Position numbers and translations under genes: made by a program
NCBI GenBank assembly: GCA_964597675.1
Contig: CAZQYV010000002.1
Span: 7,532-71,531, forward strand
Length of the DNA: 64,000 nt
Direction of reading: 5' to 3'
Source of the DNA: an uncultured Candidatus Saccharibacteria bacterium
GTDB lineage: Bacteria; Patescibacteriota; Minisyncoccia; Phycocordibacterales; DATDWN01
The notes under the pieces: generated by a model
Databases searched by the model: none
Told to the model about the DNA's origin: nothing
What the model saw: only the letters and a program-made list of their open reading frames with translations
Part shown: piece after piece, positions 10,448-19,100 of the stretch
Position numbering within the stretch: position 1 is the first letter of the stretch
Layout: every line of letters starts with the position of its first letter

Positions 10448-10825
10448 ATGCTTGATTTCCAACAAAAACGCAAGGTTAAAGGGATTATGTATCATCGAAA
10501 TACGCTTATTTTCCTTACTTGTGTCGTACTGTTTGCTATTCACTCTACATGGACTGTCTACCAGAAAAAAAATGAAAGCGAGGAGGGGAGGGCTGTTGCC
10601 CAAAAGCGTGTCAGTGATTTTGAGGAAAGGCAGGGATATTTAGAGCAGAAAATACAAAGACTTGGCACGGCACAAGGGACAGAAGAGGAAATTAGAGCAA
10701 AATTCAGTGTGGCAAAGGAAAATGAAAATCTTGTAATTATTGTTGATGATGTCTCAGCTACTCACCCAACCGTCCCACAACGTACATTTTGGCAGAAATT
10801 ACGCTCATTTTTCGACAAGCAATAG
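10448..10825 (+). CDS. septum formation initiator family protein (FtsB/DivIC-like)
   Basis: N-terminal TM, coiled coil, C-terminal ...GTEEEIRAKFSVAKENENLVIIVDD typical of DivIC/FtsB. Confidence 0.55.
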   Translation: MLDFQQKRKVKGIMYHRNTLIFLTCVVLFAIHSTWTVYQKKNESEEGRAVAQKRVSDFEERQGYLEQKIQRLGTAQGTEEEIRAKFSVAKENENLVIIVDDVSATHPTVPQRTFWQKLRSFFDKQ

Positions 10826-10873
10826 GTTTTCATATATAATGATAGTCCATTTTAATCATAATCAATATAAATA

Positions 10874-11107
10874 ATGAAACAAGTAATAGTATATTCAACA
10901 CCAACATGTCATTTTTGCCATATGGCAAAGGAATATTTTGACCAGCAAAAAGTCGCCTATGAATCATTTGATGTTGCAAGTGATATGGAAAAGAGGAAGG
11001 AAATGATGGCGAAAAGTGGCCAACTTGGTGTACCGGTAATTCTAATTGGAGATCAGGTTATTGTCGGTTTTGATAAACCTAGGATTGATAAGGCGCTAGG
11101 TCTATAG
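10874..11107 (+). CDS. glutaredoxin-like protein (NrdH/YruB-type, CHFC active site)
   Basis: 77 aa, VYSTPTCHFCHMAKEYF...GVPVILIGDQVIVGFD. Confidence 0.75.
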   Translation: MKQVIVYSTPTCHFCHMAKEYFDQQKVAYESFDVASDMEKRKEMMAKSGQLGVPVILIGDQVIVGFDKPRIDKALGL

Positions 11108-11129
11108 TATTTTCTGGGAGTTCCCAGAT

Positions 11130-11201
11130 GCCCTCGTAGTTCAATGGATAGAACAACCCCGTCCTAAGGGGTAAATGTAAGTTCGATTCTCGCCGGGGGC
11201 A
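11130..11201 (+). tRNA. tRNA-Arg (anticodon CCT)
   Basis: acceptor GCCCTCG/CGGGGGC, D arm GTTC-AATGGATA-GAAC, anticodon arm ACCCC-gtCCTaa-GGGGT, TTCGATT T-loop (T-stem imperfect). Confidence 0.65.
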
Positions 11202-11336
11202 CAAAACACGTCAGTGTTTTTGACCTTGGTAAGAATCGAACAGGAAAGGGGTCGGGAAAACACTTGTTTTACCGTGGAGGAAGGATTGGGAAAACCGTGG
11301 GTTTCCCAGAGGTGAGATATCTCGCCGGGGGCACAG
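11202..11336 (+). repeat. tRNA-downstream module: hairpin, inverted T-arm copy (gaatcgaac 11234-11242), direct 16-nt copy of tRNA-Arg 3' end (tctcgccgggggcaca 11320-11336)
   Basis: direct sequence comparison with tRNA-Arg 11186-11203. Confidence 0.6.
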
Positions 11337-11373
11337 TCTTTTCTTTTTTATCAATTTTTGCTATTATCAAATT

Positions 11374-11655
11374 ATGTCCCCAGAAGAAAGAGAACTTTTA
11401 AAAAGAAGTATTGCACTGGCAGAGGAAAATAATGACATATTGAGATCGATTCAACGATCGATGAGATTGGCTCGTTTTATGTCTATACTCTACTGGGTCT
11501 TTATTATCGGTTCTGCGGTGGGGGCATACTACTTTATTCAGCCATATCTCGATACTCTAATGGGAGTCTATGGAGGTACAAAGGATCAAATAAATACAGC
11601 AGGGAGTAGTATGAGTGGCATTATTGATGCGTTAAAACAGGGGGTTGGCTATTAA
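11374..11655 (+). CDS. hypothetical small membrane protein
   Basis: 93 aa ORF with one TM segment. Confidence 0.35.
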   Translation: MSPEERELLKRSIALAEENNDILRSIQRSMRLARFMSILYWVFIIGSAVGAYYFIQPYLDTLMGVYGGTKDQINTAGSSMSGIIDALKQGVGY

Positions 11656-12026
11656 AATATAAGACTTTTGCCTCTATAGTTAGATGCCTCCTCAAGGAAA
11701 ATAATATTGTCTTTAGTACTGTGTTCAATCATATGGCAATTTGCACATAACAATGTGCATTTTTTAATTTCAAATTTTATCGAATCCCAACTTTTATTAG
11801 CGACATTTCCAATAGTGAAATCTTTTCCATTTGGATTTTTGTGGTGAAACTGCATCGCTGCTTGATTGCCTGACCAGCCGCAATGTTGACATTTACCTCC
11901 TAATAATTTTATAGCAGCTGCTTTTGCACGAAATCTTCTTATTTTTGTGTTGCAAGAGCCACACCTAATCCTGCATCTTTTTTGGTAGTCCTTAAATTCA
12001 TTATTACATAGTTTGCATACAGCCAT
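11652..12026 (-). CDS. HNH endonuclease (free-standing, homing-endonuclease-like)
   Basis: Cys-rich N-term zinc finger plus QFHHKNP...CTLLCANCHMIEH HNH motif. Confidence 0.7.
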   Translation of the reverse strand: MAVCKLCNNEFKDYQKRCRIRCGSCNTKIRRFRAKAAAIKLLGGKCQHCGWSGNQAAMQFHHKNPNGKDFTIGNVANKSWDSIKFEIKKCTLLCANCHMIEHSTKDNIIFLEEASNYRGKSLIF

Positions 12027-12113
12027 ATCATACAGTATAACATTTGATGCTCTACCAAATCAATATTGCTGTTGCAAAAAGGGGATAATTTTAGTATTAT
12101 TGTCTGTGTTAGC

Positions 12114-12186
12114 GCCGAGATAGCTCAGTTGGCAGAGCATTCGCCTGAAGAGCGAAGGGTCCCCAGTTCGACCCTGGGTCTCGGCA
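12114..12186 (+). tRNA. tRNA-Phe (anticodon GAA)
   Basis: GCCGAGA-TA-GCTC-AGTTGGCA-GAGC-A-TTCGC-ctGAAga-GCGAA-GGGTC-CCCAG-TTCGACC-CTGGG-TCTCGGC-A. Confidence 0.9.
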
Positions 12187-12344
12187 CAGAGAAGAAAACG
12201 AAGTTTTTTGGCCCAGGGTCGAACAGATTTTCGGTCTACGAGCCGAGCACGGCTTGTCGAAAATCTGGTGACCAGAATTATCTCGAGCGACGGCGAGAGA
12301 GAATTCGAGGGAGACATCCTGGGTCTCGGCACAGAGAAGAAAAA
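12187..12344 (+). repeat. tRNA-downstream module (best-preserved copy): AAAACGAAG box, inverted T-arm (gcccagggtcgaac), 10-bp hairpin, GAGCGACGGCGAG box (12285-12297), TTCGAGGGAGACAT box, 26-nt direct copy of tRNA-Phe 3' end (12318-12344)
   Basis: direct sequence comparison; same box order recurs at other tRNAs. Confidence 0.7.
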
Positions 12345-12383
12345 ACCACCCGTTCGACAAGCTCAGGGTGGCTTTTTTATTTT
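12345..12383 (+). terminator. rho-independent terminator
   Basis: ccaccc...gggtgg hairpin + TTTTTTATTTT. Confidence 0.6.
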
Positions 12384-12855
12384 ATCCTTTTACCTTGAGT
12401 CGTGTTTGCTTATGTTTGTCTATTTTCGGCATACGTATAATAAGAAGGCCGTGTTTTTCAACCGCATCAGATTCCTCGACATCAATTTCAGCTGGTAACA
12501 TAACAGTACGAGAAAATGTACCCCAATATAACTCTTGATGGTAGTAGTCTTCTTCACGAACAGTGCGCTCTGCTTCTCGTTTACCTCGAATAGTGACCAT
12601 ATCTCGAGTAATGGATATTTCTAGATCTTCTGGTCGTACACCAGCAACCATGGTTTTTATTATAATTTCAACAGGAGTTTGATATACATCTACAGCCAAC
12701 TCACCTTCTTCTGGTTCGTTTTCCATCCATGTATTAACTGTATTTGTTTGGGGAATCCGTGAAGTTGGAGGGGTTGGGACATGCGGACTATCCATGTCAG
12801 TATCGACACGGACTGCTCCGGTCAATTTCTCAAAGAACGATCGAGAGTCTTTCAT
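12382..12855 (-). CDS. Hsp20/alpha-crystallin small heat-shock protein
   Basis: GELAVDVYQT...EDLEISI..VTIRGKRE...GTFSRTVMLP...GLLII motif set. Confidence 0.8.
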   Translation of the reverse strand: MKDSRSFFEKLTGAVRVDTDMDSPHVPTPPTSRIPQTNTVNTWMENEPEEGELAVDVYQTPVEIIIKTMVAGVRPEDLEISITRDMVTIRGKREAERTVREEDYYHQELYWGTFSRTVMLPAEIDVEESDAVEKHGLLIIRMPKIDKHKQTRLKVKG

Positions 12856-12879
12856 AATATGTTTATAAAATTAAATGAT

Positions 12880-13578
12880 CTAAATAGGTTTGTGAATACG
12901 TTTTACTCTTTCAAAGAAGAGCATCACTATAATAATTGCAAACCAGACTGCACCAAAGACAAGAAATACACTTCCTTCTGCTTGCTTAATTATAAATAAA
13001 TTAAAGGATGTATGCAATAGGATTGCAAAGACTATACCGATGAGGAGATACATTTGCTTGAACCAAATTGAACGATAAAACGAAAGTGCCATACAAATAC
13101 CGATTGTTGCTGAAGACAATGTGTGTAGGAGACTTGCTCCCATAAAACGGAGATTACTTGTCATAATTATACCGGCAAAGTCACCAGTATGAACCATATC
13201 GACAAGGAAAAGTGCGTTTTCTAGTGCAACAAAACCAAGTGCAGAGACGATAAGGTAGATAATATTGTCCACAGGTTCGTCGGTGACCTTTCGTGACAGA
13301 GCAATATAGTAGACGATAACAAATTTTGCCAGCTCTTCTATGATTGCCCACAGTACAAATGAAGTATTTTGATCGGCAACTGTATCATATACGATACGTT
13401 GTAACGGGAGGGCCACGATGACAGCAAGCATACCACCAATAAATGATAGGGTGAGTATTTTTGCGGGCTCAGGATGAGCATCTTCTTTTAGCCAAAACCA
13501 CAACCAAATCAATGCTGGTATGATGCCTATTATAAATGAAAGAAAAAATGGGTATTGTTGTAATGTAGAGAGTAACAT
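12880..13578 (-). CDS. PrsW-family intramembrane metalloprotease
   Basis: multi-TM; IIEELAKF and ALGFVALEN motifs. Confidence 0.7.
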   Translation of the reverse strand: MLLSTLQQYPFFLSFIIGIIPALIWLWFWLKEDAHPEPAKILTLSFIGGMLAVIVALPLQRIVYDTVADQNTSFVLWAIIEELAKFVIVYYIALSRKVTDEPVDNIIYLIVSALGFVALENALFLVDMVHTGDFAGIIMTSNLRFMGASLLHTLSSATIGICMALSFYRSIWFKQMYLLIGIVFAILLHTSFNLFIIKQAEGSVFLVFGAVWFAIIIVMLFFERVKRIHKPI

Positions 13579-13584
13579 AATAGA

Positions 13585-13640
13585 GCAAATGATTCATGAT
13601 TCATGATTTAGGATTCACGATTCATGATGATTTTATATTT
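13585..13640. repeat. short tandem repeat (GATTCATG-like x5) in valS-prsW intergenic/promoter region
   Basis: atgattcatgattcatgatttaggattcacgattcatgatga. Confidence 0.6.
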
Positions 13641-13647
13641 ATCATAT

Positions 13648-15831
13648 CTATTTTGGCCACATAGTAACCATAAGTAGTTGTTTACCGGTTGGCTGCATAT
13701 GAGACCAGATTTCCTCTGTAATGAAAGGCATAAATGGGTGAAGGAGAATTAGTATTGTTTGTAGAATATAATGCAGAGTGTATTTTGTCGATGCAACAAT
13801 GCTTGGATCATCACTTTGTAAGCGTGGTTTTGATTCTTCTATAATTATATCAGCAAATCGATGCCATACGTAGTGGTATAGTTTTTCCGCAGCAAGATAA
13901 AAACGTAGGTTGTCCATATCGAGTGTAACATCGGCAATAATACTCTGCAGTTCATCTAGGTATACCTGATCATAATCTCTTAGTGCAGGCTCTTCGGATA
14001 TATCGTGCTCGGCTGTATTTGAAAGTACAAATCGGGTAATATTCCATATTTTATTACTAAAATGTTTATACGCCTTACATTTTTCGTCTGAAAACTTACT
14101 ATCATTGCCTGGGCCCGTACCAACCATAAGTGCCATGCGTATAGCATCAGCACCATATTTTTCTATCATTTCTACAGGATCAATATTATTGCCAAGAGAT
14201 TTGCTTATCTTTTTACCTTGGCTATCACGCACAAGTCCGTGCAAGTATACTTTTTCAAATGGAATTTGCCCGACAAGGTATGTGGACATAAGTATCATAC
14301 GAGCAACCCAAAAGAATAAAATATCATATCCAGTCTCTAAGACTGATGTTGGGTGGTATGTGATGAAATCATCAGTTTTTTTTGGCCAACCAAGTGTAGA
14401 AAACGTCCACAGCCCAGATGAAAACCATGTGTCTAGTGTATCGCTGTCCTGTATCCAGTCATCACCTTTTGGTGCGTCGATACCGCAGTATGTCTCATTT
14501 TCTTTGTACCAAACAGGTATCTGGTGACCATACCAAATTTGTCTACTAATGCACCAATCGTGAAGATTTTCAATCCAGTGTGTATATACCTTTTCAAATC
14601 TATCAGGAATAATATCTACATTTTTGTGTTCGATAACAGAAAGCATTAATTTTTTGAGTGTTACCAACTCTCCCTTTTTAACACTAGGAAGTGTATCAAA
14701 TGCATACGGAAATTCCTTGTTAACATCAATAAACCACTGGTGCATAATCTGTGGCTCAATAATTCCGCTTGTCCGTTCGGCAGTAGCAACATTGTGCGTA
14801 TAGTCCTCCTCTTTAACAAATAATCCTTTTGATTGTAATTTTTCGATTATTTTTGGACGTGCCTCTGCAATTTTCATGTGAGCAAACTCACCGCTTATTG
14901 GTAGCAGTTTTCCGTATTGGTCTATGATCTGTTCTTTATCAAGGTTGTGTCTTTCTGCGATTTCAAAGTCAACCATTGAGTGCCAAGGGGTGATTGTCAT
15001 AACACCAGTACCAAATTCCATGTCGATTGATTCATCCTTTATTATAGTTGCAGTAATCGGTCCGTTTATCCATTCGAGGTCTATTTTTTGGCCATCTGTA
15101 TATTCACGATAGCGGGTATCATCTGGATGCATGACCACGTATTTATCTCCAAATTTTGTTTCAGGTCGAGATGTACTAATGACAAAAGGTCCGTATTTGA
15201 AATAATACAATTTTGTTTTCTCCTCCATGTATACAATCTCATCATCAGAAATAGTCGTCTGACCTTTTGGATCCCAATTTACAATACGATGTCCACGATA
15301 AATAATGCCATCATCATACATTTGTTTGAATGCAGTCCGGACAGCAAGATTTCTTTCTTCATCAAGAGTGAACGCTTCTCGTGACCAATCAACAGAGCAT
15401 CCTATTTTTTTCATTTGACTTACAATTGTGTCGTGACTTTCACTGGCAAAAGTTTCAACTCGCTTTAAAAACTGTTCACGGCCAAGATCGTGTCTATTTT
15501 TACCCTCTGCTTTTTGCATCAGTTTTTCAACCTTTGATTGTGTGGCAATCGCAGCATGGTCTGTTCCTGGAAGCCATAATGTTTTTTTGCCAGACATACG
15601 ATTATATCTAACCATAGTGTCTTCGATGGCTAACATAAAAGCACTTCCCATATGGAGTGTTCCTGTAACATTTGGTGGGGGAAGTACACAAGAAAAACTT
15701 GGCGCATTATTTTTTGTCACGCCCTGTTTTATGCAAACATCAGGGTCAAAAAAACCACTTTGTAACCAGAGTGTATATATAGAATCCTCCGTTGCTTTGG
15801 AGTTGTATGGGGACAAAAAAATATCATCCAT
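13648..15831 (-). CDS. valS: valine--tRNA ligase (short form lacking C-terminal coiled coil; HIGH motif reads HMGS)
   Basis: PPPNVTGTLHMGSA, WLPGTDHAAIATQ, KISKSLGN (KMSKS); 727 aa. Confidence 0.8.
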   Translation of the reverse strand: MDDIFLSPYNSKATEDSIYTLWLQSGFFDPDVCIKQGVTKNNAPSFSCVLPPPNVTGTLHMGSAFMLAIEDTMVRYNRMSGKKTLWLPGTDHAAIATQSKVEKLMQKAEGKNRHDLGREQFLKRVETFASESHDTIVSQMKKIGCSVDWSREAFTLDEERNLAVRTAFKQMYDDGIIYRGHRIVNWDPKGQTTISDDEIVYMEEKTKLYYFKYGPFVISTSRPETKFGDKYVVMHPDDTRYREYTDGQKIDLEWINGPITATIIKDESIDMEFGTGVMTITPWHSMVDFEIAERHNLDKEQIIDQYGKLLPISGEFAHMKIAEARPKIIEKLQSKGLFVKEEDYTHNVATAERTSGIIEPQIMHQWFIDVNKEFPYAFDTLPSVKKGELVTLKKLMLSVIEHKNVDIIPDRFEKVYTHWIENLHDWCISRQIWYGHQIPVWYKENETYCGIDAPKGDDWIQDSDTLDTWFSSGLWTFSTLGWPKKTDDFITYHPTSVLETGYDILFFWVARMILMSTYLVGQIPFEKVYLHGLVRDSQGKKISKSLGNNIDPVEMIEKYGADAIRMALMVGTGPGNDSKFSDEKCKAYKHFSNKIWNITRFVLSNTAEHDISEEPALRDYDQVYLDELQSIIADVTLDMDNLRFYLAAEKLYHYVWHRFADIIIEESKPRLQSDDPSIVASTKYTLHYILQTILILLHPFMPFITEEIWSHMQPTGKQLLMVTMWPK

Positions 15832-16134
15832 TTATTTAGAATATCATATTTTCAAAACTGACGGTAGGGGACAAAATCAGGTCTTTTACTGGTATAAAGG
15901 ACATGTCTTATATAATTTCAATAAATGTCCTTTATAATATAAATCTATACGGTGTGTCTAATAAAGGGTATTAAAAAATATTAAGGACAGATTTTTAACA
16001 AAATTATAGGACATTATTATATGGCTATAAATATGGGTATTTGGTGTATCTGTTTTTATGGTGCCTATTGACAGATTTGTAAATTAAGTGTAGTCTATTG
16101 CATTATTACAAACGTGTAGAAAATCAGAAAAATT

Positions 16135-19100
16135 ATGAACAAAACAATCACCAATTCAACTAAATATGTAGGAGCATTCATTGCATTTTTGCTTATGATA
16201 GCTGCTCCGATAGGTATTTTGTTTGCTGATTCTACACTCTCAAACGAAATAGTTCAGGACCCTTCTGGTATTGGAGGTGAATCTGCTGTGTGCGGAAAGA
16301 CATCTACATGGTGGTTTAGAAATGGTGCCTCACAATTTAATCTATATCGTAATACACTCAATACTGCTGCCGGCGCACAAAAAATTCTTTCAAATGTCTC
16401 TTACACAGACCCAACATATGGCGGATATATTGATACTGTTCCAGCAGGAACATATTTTTATTGGGTAGAAAATGTTGGTGGCATAAATAAAGTTCCATCA
16501 TTCAACAATAGTACTGGAGGTATTGCAGTCAGCGCCTGTTTAAATAAACCACAAATAAGTATTATTGGTGATCGAATTGTAAATGTTCAGGTTGGAGGTA
16601 CTTACACAGATCTCGGAGCCACAGCAACAGATGCAGAGGATGGAAATATAACATCACAGATCGTAAAGACTGGGACAGTCAATACTGCGGTCGTTGGTAC
16701 ATATAAAATTTCATATTCAGTAACAGATACTACAGGATTGACTACATCAGTTTCTAGACGAGTTGTTGTTTCTGTAAACATGTGTGCACTTGATATCTGT
16801 GCGGGAGGAAATGGCCAACCAGCAATAAATCCTCCAACTTCATTTTCTGATGTGCCACAGTCTAACCCTCACTGGTCAGATGTAAACGAGGCATCATCAC
16901 TATGTCTTATGATTGGTTATGGTAATGATATTTTCGGTGTAGATACTGATTTGACACGTGGTGAGGTTACTAATGTGTTGACACGTATGCTTCATTGGGA
17001 TATTTCATCATCAAGTTCACCAACAGTTTCTATCTTTAGTGATGTGCCACTTGATCGATACAATAGATCTTCAATAGAAATGGCATACCAAAAAGGTATG
17101 GTAGATTCATGTGGTACAAATCCACTTCAGTTTTGTCCAGATGGAGCTACTACTCGCGGTAAATTAGCGATGTCCTTGACCAAGGCACTCGGTCTTTCCG
17201 TTACATCTGCTCCTGCGGCACCGTATTACACGGATGTTTCTTCAAACGACACGTATTTCCCATACATACAGCTTATGACTCAGCATGGCATCATGGGCTC
17301 ATGTCCAACTGGCGCATCTAATACATTTTGTCCTACATCTACTATAAAACGAGGAGATGCGGCACTGTATTTTGTAAAAGCATACGAATATCTTTTAAAT
17401 CATGACAATTCTTGTGTCATTCCAGTCAACACCCCACCAACTATCACTCTCGTGGGTAGTAACCCACTATCATGGACAGTCGGTACACCATTTACTGATC
17501 CAGGAGCCACAGCAACAGATGCAGAAGATGGAAATCTAACATCACATATTGTTTCAACAAGTACAGTCAATGCAAACATTGTCGGTACATACACAATCAT
17601 CTACTCTGTCACAGACAGTGGTGGACTCTCTGCTACAACAACACGTACAGTGAATGTGGTGGCGAAAATAAATACATATTGTCCAGATGGTTTGCCGATG
17701 ACATATGAAAAATTTGCAGAGGCGCGAAATGCTGGTTTAGTTAATTATGCTATTGAAATAAGTTCAACAACTAGTCGTGCAACTGTTCAAGTTACAAATC
17801 AGACAGGTTGTCAGATACCAATGAGTCTTTCGGTATATAAGATGTACGATGGAGTTTTGTCTAATCAGGTACTATTCGATGGGGATGGTGTTACAAATGC
17901 AACATCATCAACAGCATTTAAAGCAAATGTACCTCGATGTATGGCACAGGTTGATTTTTGGTATGGCCAATATCCGACAACACTTCTAGATTCAAATCCA
18001 TATGGTAATCCACCACCACCAGTAGTGCTTGCATGGTCAATACATAATCCAACAGGTCAGTATTGTTCTGACGCAATCCCAAACACTCCACCAACTATCA
18101 CTCTCGTGGGTAGTAACCCACTATCATGGACAGTCGGTACACCATTTACTGATCCAGGAGCCACAGCAACAGATGCAGAAGATGGAAATCTAACATCACA
18201 TATTGTTTCAACAAGTACAGTCAATGCAAACATTGTTGGTACATACTCAATCATCTACTCTGTCACAGACAGTGGTGGACTCTCTGCTACAACAACCAGA
18301 ACGGTCAATGTGGTTGCGAAGCCATACGAAGATCTACCTCCAGTACTAACAGTCATAGGTGCTAATCCAGCAAATATAAATGTCGGTGAGTCATATAATG
18401 ATCCTGGAGCAACTGCTTTGGACAAGGAAGACGGTGATATCACTGCTCAGATCGTCGCAACAAGTACTGTAAACACTTCAGTCGCAGGAACATACACTGT
18501 GACTTATCGAGTGACAGATTCTAAAGGACACACTGTATATGCATCAAGGACAGTAATCGTTTCTCCAGTGGTCCAACCACAAAAAGGGACGATAACGATA
18601 TGTTTGCTTGTTGCAGATACAAATAATTCACTAGCGACATCATCTCTAAACGTACCGCAGGGGACTATCGGTCTCTCTGTATTTGGTGCATCAACAACAA
18701 CCCCGATTCAGTCAAAGATGTGGAATACCAGTGCATTTGCTCCAAACCAAAAAATTATTTTGACAGCAAATGATGCTGATTGTGTTACATATAGTAATCT
18801 TGATATTCGATCATATATATACACACAGGCCACAACAACAGGCGTACAATGGAATCAGCCAAAATATAATAGTCAGGAGACACAACCGGTAAACAATGTG
18901 TTCGACTTCTTTACATTCTCAACTTCAACGGTTAATGCAAACGGTGTGATTAATCTCACAACAGAGCGACCAAACCGAACACTTGTATTATATGCGACAT
19001 ATAACCCTGCACCGCAGTGTATGATTCCAGTTATCACATCTGCACTTTCTGCCACTGGAACAGTAGGACAGTCATTTACTTACACAATCACTGCAACATC

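Noticed and set aside
11130-11336. Intron-containing or split tRNA-Arg explaining the duplicated 3' end
   Set aside because: The first copy forms a complete cloverleaf by itself (acceptor, D, anticodon arms all pair), and the same duplication pattern occurs at many other intact tRNAs.
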